Origin: a candidate division TM6 bacterium GW2011_GWF2_28_16
Lineage (GTDB): Bacteria > Babelota > Babeliae > Babelales > UASB340
Assembly: GCA_000989185.1 (NCBI GenBank)
Contig: LBNX01000005.1
Coordinates: 11,926 to 75,925, forward strand
DNA: 64,000 nt
Direction: 5' to 3'
This document shows, one piece after another, positions 9,058 to 18,615 of the stretch (positions are counted from its first letter, which is position 1; the number at the start of each line of letters is the position of its first letter). Position numbers and translations under genes: made by a program. Under the pieces are notes generated by a model. It was not told the origin of the DNA. It saw only the letters and a list, made by a program, of their open reading frames with translations, and searched no databases.

Positions 9058-10031
9058 TAATTAATCTCTTTTACTTTATTAATTAAATTATCTATTAATA
9101 TGTCAGACTTAAACTGCCATTTACTAGCAAGATATATATTATTTTTATTATTAATTTCTTGAATTTTACTTTTTTGTAAAATATTAATTACAGGCTTATT
9201 AAAAACTTGTGCCAAAGTAAGAACAGGATTATCTACAGATATAACTAAATCCGAAAGTTTTACCATAGAAACAAGTTGAAAAAAATTATGTGTTACAACA
9301 AACAAAAATGTATTTTGCTTTGCGAAATTTTTTAATACTTTTTGATATTTTTTATAATTGTGCGGCAAAACGTTAATTATAAATACTGTATTATAAAAGT
9401 TTTCAGATACTCTTAATTCATCTATAAATTCAAAAATACGCTCTATTGGCCACAATCTTTGTAAATTACGCTCAAATGGATTTATAAAAATTATTTTTTT
9501 AATTTGCCTTTGTTTATCATTTATACCCCAGCTTAAAAAATTTAATTTAACAGATATAAGCCACTTTTTAGGGATATCGATATTTAAAATATTATTATTA
9601 TAATTATTGTCTTGTAATATATTTTGGTTAATTATATTCGCATTTTTAGATATATTTTTTGCAAATTTATTAAATTTTAAAATATTTTTTGTAGCCAAAT
9701 TTATTATTAATAAATAATTTTGATTTTTAATTTCTTTTTTTAAATCTAAATATTTTAAAAAATTAGTTGGTGCAAAATAAACTTTATTAAAAATATTAAA
9801 TTCTTGTAGCCAATCTTTTAACATGTGATTTTTATAATCACTAAATCTAAAAATTGCCGGCCTTGCACACAATGGATCAACATATAAGTCTATTTTTATA
9901 TTTTGGTATTCTTTTGCAAAATTTATAAAATAATTTTGCGCATAAACAAAATCTTTTATAGAAAAATGAGAAATAAATAAAATTCTTTCTGTTTTTTCTA
10001 GAATATCTTTAGATATATTAAAATCGATCAT
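9054..10031 (-). CDS. glycosyltransferase family 9-like protein (divergent heptosyltransferase-like)
   Basis: Weak GT9 features: IIFINPFERNLQRLWPIERIFEFIDEL (the acceptor-domain 'K-x-W-P' region) and LSDLVISVDNPVLTLAQVFNKPVINI (the 'DSGxxHLA' region). The 3' end overlaps the convergent GT4 gene by 4 nt. Confidence 0.5.
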   Translation of the reverse strand: MIDFNISKDILEKTERILFISHFSIKDFVYAQNYFINFAKEYQNIKIDLYVDPLCARPAIFRFSDYKNHMLKDWLQEFNIFNKVYFAPTNFLKYLDLKKEIKNQNYLLIINLATKNILKFNKFAKNISKNANIINQNILQDNNYNNNILNIDIPKKWLISVKLNFLSWGINDKQRQIKKIIFINPFERNLQRLWPIERIFEFIDELRVSENFYNTVFIINVLPHNYKKYQKVLKNFAKQNTFLFVVTHNFFQLVSMVKLSDLVISVDNPVLTLAQVFNKPVINILQKSKIQEINNKNNIYLASKWQFKSDILIDNLINKVKEINY

Positions 10032-10043
10032 AAATACTTTTTA

Positions 10044-10943
10044 TTAAACAATATTTTGAACCTGTTCTCTTACTTTTTCCAATTCTACTTTTATATCAAC
10101 AGCTAAAGTGCTTATTTCAAAATCTGAACATTTAGCAAGTATAGTATTAGATTCTCGCAATAACTCTTGCAAAACAAAATCTAAACGTTTTCCCTTTTCT
10201 ATGTCCATATCTTTTATAATTTTTTTAGTATTCTTAAGATGACTTTCAAACCTTGTAATTTCTTCATGTACATCTATTTTGTTCAAAAGAGAATATATTT
10301 CATCAAGTTTTAATTTTGATTCTTCATCTGCAGACTTTTGATATGCCTGCTGAATTAAACTTAATGCATCTCTTTTTTCTTTTACAAAAGAATTAAAACG
10401 TTTTTTTAATGACATCATTTTTTTAGTACAAATATCAAAACGTTTTTCTAAATCTTTTTTAAGCTCTATTCCTTCAAGATTTCTACTTTTTATAAGCTTT
10501 TCTATAATCTCATCAACATTTTCTAAAATTATTTTTTCTGTTTTAGAATCAAACTCTATTGACTGAAAAGAAAATATATTTGGTATATTTAAAACATCTG
10601 TAACTGTAAGTTCACCTTCAAGTTTAAATGTCTTTTTTATATTATTTAAAGCATCTAAATAATCTTGTAATAACTTTGTAGAGGGTACAACTTTAGACAT
10701 AGCACCCTCTTCTTCAGAAATTTTTATAAAAACAAAAATTCTACCACGCAATAATTTTGTTTTTAATTTATTAATTATAGGAATTTCTAAAGCACTAAAT
10801 ACATTCGGCAGCTTGCAACTAGCTTCAAAAAAACGTGAATTAATAGATTTTATTTCTACATAAATAGAAATCTTATCACCTTTAGTTACTTTTATAGAGC
10901 TAGTTTTACTAGCAAAACCGGTCATACTTAAAAACACTATCAA
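10044..10943 (-). CDS. yicC: YicC family stress-induced protein
   Basis: Has the SMTGFA N-terminus and the C-terminal DVHEEITRFESHL and LDFVLQELLRESNTILAKC motifs of the YicC N/C domains. The true start may be the GTG at 10937 (aggag RBS 6 nt upstream). Confidence 0.85.
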   Translation of the reverse strand: MIVFLSMTGFASKTSSIKVTKGDKISIYVEIKSINSRFFEASCKLPNVFSALEIPIINKLKTKLLRGRIFVFIKISEEEGAMSKVVPSTKLLQDYLDALNNIKKTFKLEGELTVTDVLNIPNIFSFQSIEFDSKTEKIILENVDEIIEKLIKSRNLEGIELKKDLEKRFDICTKKMMSLKKRFNSFVKEKRDALSLIQQAYQKSADEESKLKLDEIYSLLNKIDVHEEITRFESHLKNTKKIIKDMDIEKGKRLDFVLQELLRESNTILAKCSDFEISTLAVDIKVELEKVREQVQNIV

Positions 10944-10964
10944 CTCCTATTAATATTTTTTATA

Positions 10965-11684
10965 TTAACCAACATTTACAAATACATGTTGAACATCATC
11001 TAGGTCTTCTAAAGTTTCTAAAAATTTATAAACTTTTTCTTCTTGTTCATCATTTTCTAATTCTACAGTATTTTTTGCAACCCAATCAAAAGAGGCATCT
11101 TCTACGCCAAAACCCAAACTTGTAATAGCTTTTTTAACGGCATCAAGATCTTTTATATCACAATAAACAGTTGCTAAATCTTGTTCTACAGCGATATCAT
11201 CTATTGGATATTCTATTAATTTTTCCAAAATATCATCTTGTGACATTTTTTTTGAATTGAATTTTATAACACCTTTATGCTCAAACATCCAACCAACAGT
11301 ACCTGTTTCACCTAAATTGCCACCCATTTTAGAAAATATATGGCGCAAATCAGCAACAGTTCTTTGTTTATTATCACTTAATGTTTCTACAATAACAGCA
11401 ACACCATAAGGACCATACCCTTCGTATATTGCAGCTTCATAGCTTACACCTTCAAGTTCCCCTGTACCTTTTTTAATAGCTCTTGTAATATTGTCTTGTG
11501 GCATATTCGCAGCTTTAGCTTTATCAAGAACTACTCTAAGTCTGGCATTGCCTGCAGGGTCTCCGCCACCCTCTTTTGCGGCTACAGTTATTTCTCTAAT
11601 TAATTTTGTAAATACCTGACCTCTTTTTGCATCTTCTTTTGCTTTTTTGTGTTTTATCGTTGACCATTTTGAATGTCCAGACAT
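10965..11684 (-). CDS. yebC: YebC/PmpR family DNA-binding transcriptional regulator
   Basis: MSGHSKWSTIKHKKAKEDAKRG N-terminus is diagnostic. 239 aa. Confidence 0.95.
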   Translation of the reverse strand: MSGHSKWSTIKHKKAKEDAKRGQVFTKLIREITVAAKEGGGDPAGNARLRVVLDKAKAANMPQDNITRAIKKGTGELEGVSYEAAIYEGYGPYGVAVIVETLSDNKQRTVADLRHIFSKMGGNLGETGTVGWMFEHKGVIKFNSKKMSQDDILEKLIEYPIDDIAVEQDLATVYCDIKDLDAVKKAITSLGFGVEDASFDWVAKNTVELENDEQEEKVYKFLETLEDLDDVQHVFVNVG

Positions 11685-11692
11685 AAAAACTC

Positions 11693-13048
11693 CTAATTAC
11701 TTTTTATTAATTTACTGCCTATCAAGTAACCAAATAAAGATAAAATTAAACTAGCTAACTCTTTTGGAACTGGCAAGCTTAAAAATCTAAATAAAACAAA
11801 GCCTGCAAAGCCCATCACTACAGATAGTATAGCTGCATTTTTGTTAAGTTGCACCTTAAAATAACATAAAAAAATTGGAATAAATAGACAGCTTATAGAT
11901 AGTTCATAACTTTGAATTAATATACCAATAATATCATTAGAAAAATAAGCTACTATTATAGATAATAAACCTACAACTAAAGTAACTATTTTGGAAAATT
12001 TTAATTTATTTATTTTTATAAAATTAAAATCAAAATCTTGAACAATATTTGAACTTATTGCACACAAAAGTGAATCTGCTGTAGAAGTTATAGCCGCAGC
12101 AAGCGCACATACAACCAAACTTAGTAACAAATTACTTGCTATATTATTTATAGTTATAACTAGTGGATTAGAACCCGCAGGTATAAAAAGTCCATTTAAT
12201 TTTGCTTGCATACCAAAATATACAGGTATAAAAGCAAAAACAAGCATAAATATTCCCGAAAACAATGCTGCAAGAGCTGCTATTTTTTTTGTCTTTGCCG
12301 AAAAAAATCTTTGTGCCAAATCTTGCTCTATCAAAGAAAACATCATAGGATTAAACACTATTGGAAAAAGAGTTAAAAAACTAAAATTTTGTGAATTAAA
12401 AAAATTCTGTTGGCCTATAAAATTACTAAAGCTAAATGCATTAATAGCATTTCCCAAAAATGCTGTCTTTATAAATAAAAAACCAAAAACAAAAATCAAA
12501 AAAATTATTTGTACCGTATCTGTAATAGCTACAGCTGCAAGGCCACCAATCATTGTATAAATAATTATAAATAGCCAAAATAAAATAAAAATAAAATTAT
12601 TATTAAGACCCAATGCAATTAAAACACTTTTAAGCGCTACAACTTGAGCTCCTAAAATTCCAAATAGCGTAATTATAGATAATATAGATGCAACTTGTCT
12701 TAAAAATTTAGAATTATATTTTAACTCAAACAGCTCAGCTGTGGTCGCAACATTAAATTCTCGCAATTTAGATGCTAATCCAAAACCCAATATCAAAAAA
12801 CCAAGACCAATTCCTACAGTATATAAAATTCCCCAATAACCAATATTATAACTTTGAGCAGCCGTGCCTAGCATCATGCCACCACCAACCTGAGTAGCTA
12901 TTAAAGTAAATGTTAATGGGAACAAGCCCATTTTTCTACCGGCCAAAAAGTAATCATCGTTTGTTTTTATGCCTCTAGAAACAAATAAGCCCAAAACTAA
13001 ATAAAATAAACCCAATATTGTAAATATAGATAAAAATAAAATGTTCAT
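11693..13048 (-). CDS. sodium:solute symporter family transporter
   Basis: 451 aa, about 12-13 TM segments, and the SSS-type N-terminal region (DYFLAGRKMGLFPLTFTLIATQVGGG). Substrate cannot be determined. Confidence 0.85.
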   Translation of the reverse strand: MNILFLSIFTILGLFYLVLGLFVSRGIKTNDDYFLAGRKMGLFPLTFTLIATQVGGGMMLGTAAQSYNIGYWGILYTVGIGLGFLILGFGLASKLREFNVATTAELFELKYNSKFLRQVASILSIITLFGILGAQVVALKSVLIALGLNNNFIFILFWLFIIIYTMIGGLAAVAITDTVQIIFLIFVFGFLFIKTAFLGNAINAFSFSNFIGQQNFFNSQNFSFLTLFPIVFNPMMFSLIEQDLAQRFFSAKTKKIAALAALFSGIFMLVFAFIPVYFGMQAKLNGLFIPAGSNPLVITINNIASNLLLSLVVCALAAAITSTADSLLCAISSNIVQDFDFNFIKINKLKFSKIVTLVVGLLSIIVAYFSNDIIGILIQSYELSISCLFIPIFLCYFKVQLNKNAAILSVVMGFAGFVLFRFLSLPVPKELASLILSLFGYLIGSKLIKSN

Positions 13049-13468
13049 AAAAATCTCTAAATTAAAAAAATTATTATTAAAATAAAAAATTTAAATTTAA
13101 TAATATTATAAAAATATTATTAATAACTAAAAATTAAGATATTTTAAACTAAAAAGATATATTGCCCTGGTGGGCATGATGATATTTTGGGGTAAAATAA
13201 TAAACATCAAAAGCTATTTCCTGCTTTTTTAAATTTAAATTTATCATAAAAACTCCCAAATATTGTAAATTCGTTTAACATATTATTGCAAATTTAAACT
13301 AAAATATAAATAATTCAAATGCAATTACCAAAAATACTATACTCAAAGCAATAAATTAAAAGATTATAACTATCTATTGATTATTAAATTTAAAAACCAA
13401 TATATTAAAATTTATTTAAAAACCGTGTATTTAATATTTTTATATTTTTTTTATAAAAAAGGAGATTT

Positions 13469-14905
13469 ATGAATAAAAATCACATTTTAATGTCTTTTAT
13501 ATTATTAGGGCTATTAAACCCAATAAATATTTTATCTAAGGGACGCAAAACAACCCCAACAACAAACCAAACCGCTATAGATAATGCTGTAAAAGAAAAA
13601 GATAATGCTATAAAATTCAAAGATGAAGCAAAAACATATTTAGACAATATTAACGTAAAATATACTGAATCGACAGATTTATTAACAGAATCAAAAAGTC
13701 CAGCAACATCAACCAACGATATTGAAGTTGTAAAAAAAGATCTAGATAAAACAAATGATTTAATAACAAGAATAGATAATGCAAAAAACAATCAAGAAAT
13801 TGTCACATACCAAACAAATTTAAGTACTGCTGCTAAAAATTCCAGAACAGCAGCAACAAATTCTAGAAATTATGCAAATCAACCAAATACAAATTCTACA
13901 GCAACAAATGCCGCCACCCAGGCAGAAGCGGCAGCAACACAAGCAGAAGGTTATTCAACTGATGGAGTACAAAAAATATCACAAGTTGATGCCAATTTAA
14001 CAGAAGCAAAAACCACAGCTAGTCAAAAGGCCCAAAATTTAAATTCTCAAATATCAAACACAAATAATGCTATTGCCCAAAAGGATGCTGCACAAAGTTA
14101 TTCTAACGAAACTGCAGCATATTTAAATTCTGCACAAGAAGATCAAAAGAGAGTATCTGTTGCCATGGACGATGTAAAAGCTGCTGCAAAAAACGATAAT
14201 CAAACTACTATAAAAAATAAAATTAGTTTTATCGAAACAAAAATAGCAGAACTTAATGAACAATATAACAAAGTTATAACAGCCGAAACTAATGCAAAAA
14301 ATGCAGCCGATAGTGCAAAAGAATATTCAAATTTAGTACCAAATATTACACAAGCAAAAGATGCTTCAAATTCTGCTGCAACATATGCCCAACAAACAAA
14401 TTCTAATAAGGCAAAATTAGAAGTGATAATAAAAAATATGCAAGACGACTTGGCTACTGCAAAAAACTATTTAAAAGAAGAAAAAACAGAAGCCAAAGTA
14501 GAAGAAGCTAAAGATGTAGCAAAAGATTTATTTGGTGGCATAGCATTTGTAAATGAATCAGATTATTTTTTAACAATTAAACTTTATAAGGGAGATAATT
14601 ATCTTAAAGATATTAAAGCAGGAAAAGGTGAATATAGAGTAGAACATTATAAAGACAGTAATGATATAGCAAAAATTATAGTATATGCATATAAAACAAC
14701 AGACAGAGAAAATGCAAAATTAAAAGCAGATAAAACGCCTGTTGATACAGCAACATTTAAAACATTTAAAGTTGAAAAAAAGAATGGCGATAAAGAAACA
14801 ATGGATAGAATTCCTGCACAAAGAAGTGGTAACCCTGCAACAATAGTAAGCATTGATGTTGAAAACAAACAAATAAAAATTGTTGGAATTAAAGAACGAA
14901 AATAA
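13469..14905 (+). CDS. secreted/surface protein: Ala/Asn/Thr/Gln-rich helical repeat region plus C-terminal beta module
   Basis: aaggag RBS and a signal peptide (MNKNHILMSFILLGLLNPINILS). About 330 aa of low-complexity helical sequence with recurring A-x3-A...Y motifs. The C-terminal ~120 aa is beta-like (GIAFVNESDYFLTIKLYKG...). Confidence 0.65.
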   Translation: MNKNHILMSFILLGLLNPINILSKGRKTTPTTNQTAIDNAVKEKDNAIKFKDEAKTYLDNINVKYTESTDLLTESKSPATSTNDIEVVKKDLDKTNDLITRIDNAKNNQEIVTYQTNLSTAAKNSRTAATNSRNYANQPNTNSTATNAATQAEAAATQAEGYSTDGVQKISQVDANLTEAKTTASQKAQNLNSQISNTNNAIAQKDAAQSYSNETAAYLNSAQEDQKRVSVAMDDVKAAAKNDNQTTIKNKISFIETKIAELNEQYNKVITAETNAKNAADSAKEYSNLVPNITQAKDASNSAATYAQQTNSNKAKLEVIIKNMQDDLATAKNYLKEEKTEAKVEEAKDVAKDLFGGIAFVNESDYFLTIKLYKGDNYLKDIKAGKGEYRVEHYKDSNDIAKIIVYAYKTTDRENAKLKADKTPVDTATFKTFKVEKKNGDKETMDRIPAQRSGNPATIVSIDVENKQIKIVGIKERK

Positions 14906-14923
14906 ACTTTAATTTTATTTAGT

Positions 14924-14955
14924 AAAAAAAGGCCCAAATTCTGGGCCTTTTTTTT
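14924..14955. terminator. bidirectional rho-independent terminator
   Basis: A7 run, then ggccca (14931-14936) / tgggcc (14942-14947), then a T8 run. It lies between convergent genes. Confidence 0.8.
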
Positions 14956-14982
14956 ATTATATTAATTAAATTATTATATTTA

Positions 14983-16485
14983 TTAAACAAAAGATTCTAA
15001 TAATCTTGATTTTGGATAATAATATTGTTTAGAAAGATAATCTTCTTCTTGTAAAATTTTTTCCATAGAAAGAACTACAAAAACACTGTCTTTAGTTTTT
15101 AAGGTAAAATATCCAGATGTTTTTGAATCTAAAACAGCATTTCTAAATTCAGCGAGTGTTTTTACTTTTATTCCATTAATAATATCTATCAACTCACCAC
15201 CAGCTAAAAGTCTAGAATCTCCAGCTTGAGAATTTTGCAATACATGCGTAATGATAAGAGCTGGCTCTTGTGGCAATTCTTTATGTGTATAATTTATCAA
15301 TTGATCATTATTATCCATAAATAAATAAACATGGTTCATTGTCAGTTGCATAACAACTATGCCACCCAAAATTTCGTAATCTAATTTTTCAGGCTCAAAT
15401 TCAGGATACACATAATCAACAACAGGATTATAATCATCTGTAAGTTTAATATTTAAATCTATTTTTTTACCATTTCTATAAAAAACAAAATTAACTATTT
15501 TGCCTATAGTAAATCTATTTAAATAATCATAAACAGATATTTTATCTTCACTCCAGGGTACAACTATTTCACCAAATCTATCCACTTTGTAACCATTAAC
15601 TCCATAAAGCATATCGCCTGCTTGAATTCCATATGCCTGTGCAATCGAATTTTCAACAACATTAACTATCAACAACCCTCCCGGTTCTGGATTTTTAGAA
15701 GTTTTTACTATCTCAGGCGTTGAATGAGTTGCTAACCATCCATAATATATTTTTTTTAAAAGTCTTACATTTTTTAAATTTTCAATTACAGCTTTAACTT
15801 CTGTAATAGGCAGCATATAGCCAACATTATCAGCATCTATTCTTTTTGATGTATTAATACCAATTACTTCGCCTTTATCATTGACAGTTGGGCCACCAGA
15901 ATTCCCATTATTTACAGGCGCAGAAATTTGAATCATTCCATCACATTCTCTACCACTAACAATACCAATGGTACTCTTTAAACGTTCTTGACCTAATGGA
16001 TAACCTACAGCCATAACCTCTTGAGCTCTAACAACATAATCAGAATCACCCAATATTAAACAATTTATATCACCCAAAATATTTTTAACATCCTTATAGG
16101 ATTGATCGGTCAAGGCTAAAACTGCAATATCACCTTCTGGAAACACACCAATAATATCAACATAAAATTGTTGTTTACCACAGCCAGGTATTTGAATTTT
16201 TATATCAATGGCTTCTTTTACAACATGATAATTAGTAAGTATAAAAATATTATTATTTAATTTTATAAAAAAACCAGAACCAGAACCTCCCTCCTGATAT
16301 AGATTTTTATAAGGCTCACTCCAATTAAAATAATTGATTTTAGAAAACACTTGTACAACGCCATTTTTTAACTTTTGCTGAACATCTATCCATGAGTTTT
16401 TTGAGCCAAAAGCACTTAAAAGATTTATACTAAAAATAAAACTTAAAAAAATTATGCTTAATAGATTTACCCTTAATTTTTTCAT
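14983..16485 (-). CDS. HtrA/DegP-like S1C serine protease with PDZ region
   Basis: Signal peptide, His region (TNYHVV) and catalytic GNSGGP motif. A C-terminal PDZ-like segment is present (GLLIVNVVENSIAQAYGIQAGDMLYGVNG). Confidence 0.85.
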   Translation of the reverse strand: MKKLRVNLLSIIFLSFIFSINLLSAFGSKNSWIDVQQKLKNGVVQVFSKINYFNWSEPYKNLYQEGGSGSGFFIKLNNNIFILTNYHVVKEAIDIKIQIPGCGKQQFYVDIIGVFPEGDIAVLALTDQSYKDVKNILGDINCLILGDSDYVVRAQEVMAVGYPLGQERLKSTIGIVSGRECDGMIQISAPVNNGNSGGPTVNDKGEVIGINTSKRIDADNVGYMLPITEVKAVIENLKNVRLLKKIYYGWLATHSTPEIVKTSKNPEPGGLLIVNVVENSIAQAYGIQAGDMLYGVNGYKVDRFGEIVVPWSEDKISVYDYLNRFTIGKIVNFVFYRNGKKIDLNIKLTDDYNPVVDYVYPEFEPEKLDYEILGGIVVMQLTMNHVYLFMDNNDQLINYTHKELPQEPALIITHVLQNSQAGDSRLLAGGELIDIINGIKVKTLAEFRNAVLDSKTSGYFTLKTKDSVFVVLSMEKILQEEDYLSKQYYYPKSRLLESFV

Positions 16486-16575
16486 AAATAATCCATTTAT
16501 ATTTTAAATTGTAAAACAAATATTTTTTGATAATTTTTATAATTATATATTTTTTAGATTAAAACAAAAGCATAC

Positions 16576-17604
16576 TTAAAACATAATTTTTTGCTCAACT
16601 ATATTTTCACCCAGCAACTTTTTTCGAAGATATAAATACTTTTTAGGGTTAATTTGTCGTCCCCTAGTCGTCTTTTGCAAAAGTCCCATACGTATTAAAT
16701 ATGGCTCACAAACATCTTCTAAACTATCTCTGTCTTCACCTGTCATTGCAGCCAAAGTATCTAACCCAACTGGGCCTCCATCAAAATCTTTTATAATTAA
16801 ATATAATACTTTGCGATCAAGTTTATTAAGACCATCTTCGTCTATATCCAAAAAATTTAATGCTATATCAACTATTTCTTTATTTATTATGGGATAATTT
16901 TTAACTTGTGCAAAATCTCTTACGCGTCTAAAAATTCTTTTTGCAATTCTTGGCGTACCTCTGGCGCGTTTACCCATTTCTAATGCCGCTTCTGGCAATA
17001 TATTTATATTTAAAAAATTTGAATTTTGTTTAACTATTTCAGCCAAACTTATACTATCGTAAAAATCTAATCGCTCTACTATGCCAAATCTAGTTTGTAA
17101 TGGCCCAGAGATAAGTGAAGTTCTTGTTGTAGCACCTATAAGCGTAAATGGCTTTAATGGCAACCTAATAGATTTAGCTCCTGCTCCTTGGCCTATTATC
17201 ATATCTACAGCAAAATTTTCCATAGCACTATATAAAATTTCTTCTACATTTTTTGGCAATCTATGAATTTCGTCTATAAATAAAATTTCTCGTTCTTGTA
17301 AATTAGACAAAATTGCTACAAGATCACCACTTCGCTCTAGCACAGGAGCACTAGTAATTCTAAATGGCGCACCAAGCTCTTTAGCTATAACTTTAGCAAG
17401 TGTAGTTTTACCAAGTCCGGGAGGACCAAAAAGTAATATATGGTCCAAGTGCTCTTTGCGTAAATTACATGCTGTTACATAAATTTTTAATTTAGATTTA
17501 ATCTCATCTTGACCAAGATATTGATCAAAAGTTTCTGGCTCAAAGGTCAGAACTCTATCTTCTTGAATTTCTTGTAAGTTTAATAATTCTATTGGCGATT
17601 CCAT
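16576..17604 (-). CDS. ruvB: Holliday junction branch migration helicase RuvB
   Basis: LLFGPPGLGKTTLA Walker A, ILFIDEIHRL Walker B and typical RuvB N- and C-terminal domains. 342 aa. Confidence 0.97.
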   Translation of the reverse strand: MESPIELLNLQEIQEDRVLTFEPETFDQYLGQDEIKSKLKIYVTACNLRKEHLDHILLFGPPGLGKTTLAKVIAKELGAPFRITSAPVLERSGDLVAILSNLQEREILFIDEIHRLPKNVEEILYSAMENFAVDMIIGQGAGAKSIRLPLKPFTLIGATTRTSLISGPLQTRFGIVERLDFYDSISLAEIVKQNSNFLNINILPEAALEMGKRARGTPRIAKRIFRRVRDFAQVKNYPIINKEIVDIALNFLDIDEDGLNKLDRKVLYLIIKDFDGGPVGLDTLAAMTGEDRDSLEDVCEPYLIRMGLLQKTTRGRQINPKKYLYLRKKLLGENIVEQKIMF

Positions 17605-17669
17605 AATATTTTTTATATTTTAAAATTTTTTTATTTTTATAATAACATAAAAATATTATTTAGAATTTT

Positions 17670-18485
17670 TTAGTTTTCTATAATTTCGTTTTTATTTAAA
17701 TTACTATTTAGATAACTAAATATAATATTATCTAAATTATTTAAATATTCGTCTATTAATTTAGCACAATCATTTTTAGCCAAATTTAATGCCGTTTTGC
17801 CTTTATAATCTTTTTTATTAATAAATTCTTTTATATATTCTTGTTTGTCTTTAATATTTTCATCAATAACAACACGTTCTATAAGTTTATTTATTAACAA
17901 TTCAACTATTGCCGTTTTATCAGCAGCACATGCAAGCATCAATGCATTTTGTTTTAAAGACGCTACTTCTATAGATATTTTAGCCCCATTATTTAAAAGT
18001 TTTTCTACTACATCTGGGCTACACTCAGTCACAGCATATAATAATGGATTAAATCCTATCCAATCTTTTTTATTAACAAAATAATTTAAATCTTTTATTT
18101 TTTTGCGACTAAAAATACTTTTAGTTTTTTTTGAATCAAATTCTTTTACAAGTTTATCTATTAATAATAAAAATATTTCATTATATGCGCCATGACAGGC
18201 TGAACTCAAAGGTGTAATGCCACCACGAGTCTTACATGCCACCTGAGCACCATTATCTAATAATATTTTTACACATTTAAGATCTCCACTACTGCTGGCT
18301 GCAATTAATGCAGTAGTGCCTGCATAATCTATTTTTTTATTAATATCTGGATTTTCTGAATTATAAAAAGCCTCTTGATACTTTATTAAAACATCTTCTA
18401 GTGTAAGCATTTTTTTTGGCTCTGCAGCTATATCACAAAAAAAAGAGACTAAAATAGCTATAACTATATTTCGAAAAATTACCAT
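17670..18485 (-). CDS. ankyrin repeat protein with signal peptide
   Basis: ANK consensus units (GTTALIAASSSGDLKCVKILLDNGAQV; GITPLSSACHGAYNEIFLLLI; GFNPLLYAVTECSPDVVEKLLNNGAKI; KGKTALNLA). Hydrophobic N-terminus MVIFRNIVIAILVSFFCDIAA. Confidence 0.85.
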   Translation of the reverse strand: MVIFRNIVIAILVSFFCDIAAEPKKMLTLEDVLIKYQEAFYNSENPDINKKIDYAGTTALIAASSSGDLKCVKILLDNGAQVACKTRGGITPLSSACHGAYNEIFLLLIDKLVKEFDSKKTKSIFSRKKIKDLNYFVNKKDWIGFNPLLYAVTECSPDVVEKLLNNGAKISIEVASLKQNALMLACAADKTAIVELLINKLIERVVIDENIKDKQEYIKEFINKKDYKGKTALNLAKNDCAKLIDEYLNNLDNIIFSYLNSNLNKNEIIEN

Positions 18486-18615
18486 TTTACTTAAAGCCCC
18501 AAGAAATTAATTTTAATTCCCTAAACCTGTTTTTAGATAAAATATATATTATTTGATATATTTTAATATTAAATTTTAAACTTTTTATAAGTTTTTATGA
18601 AAAAGGGATTAAATT

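Noticed and set aside
13049-13468. 420-bp extremely AT-rich divergent intergenic region considered as a possible replication origin or ncRNA locus
   Set aside because: I noticed no repeated DnaA-box-like 9-mers and no convincing conserved-looking structure. It is most simply two divergent promoter regions.
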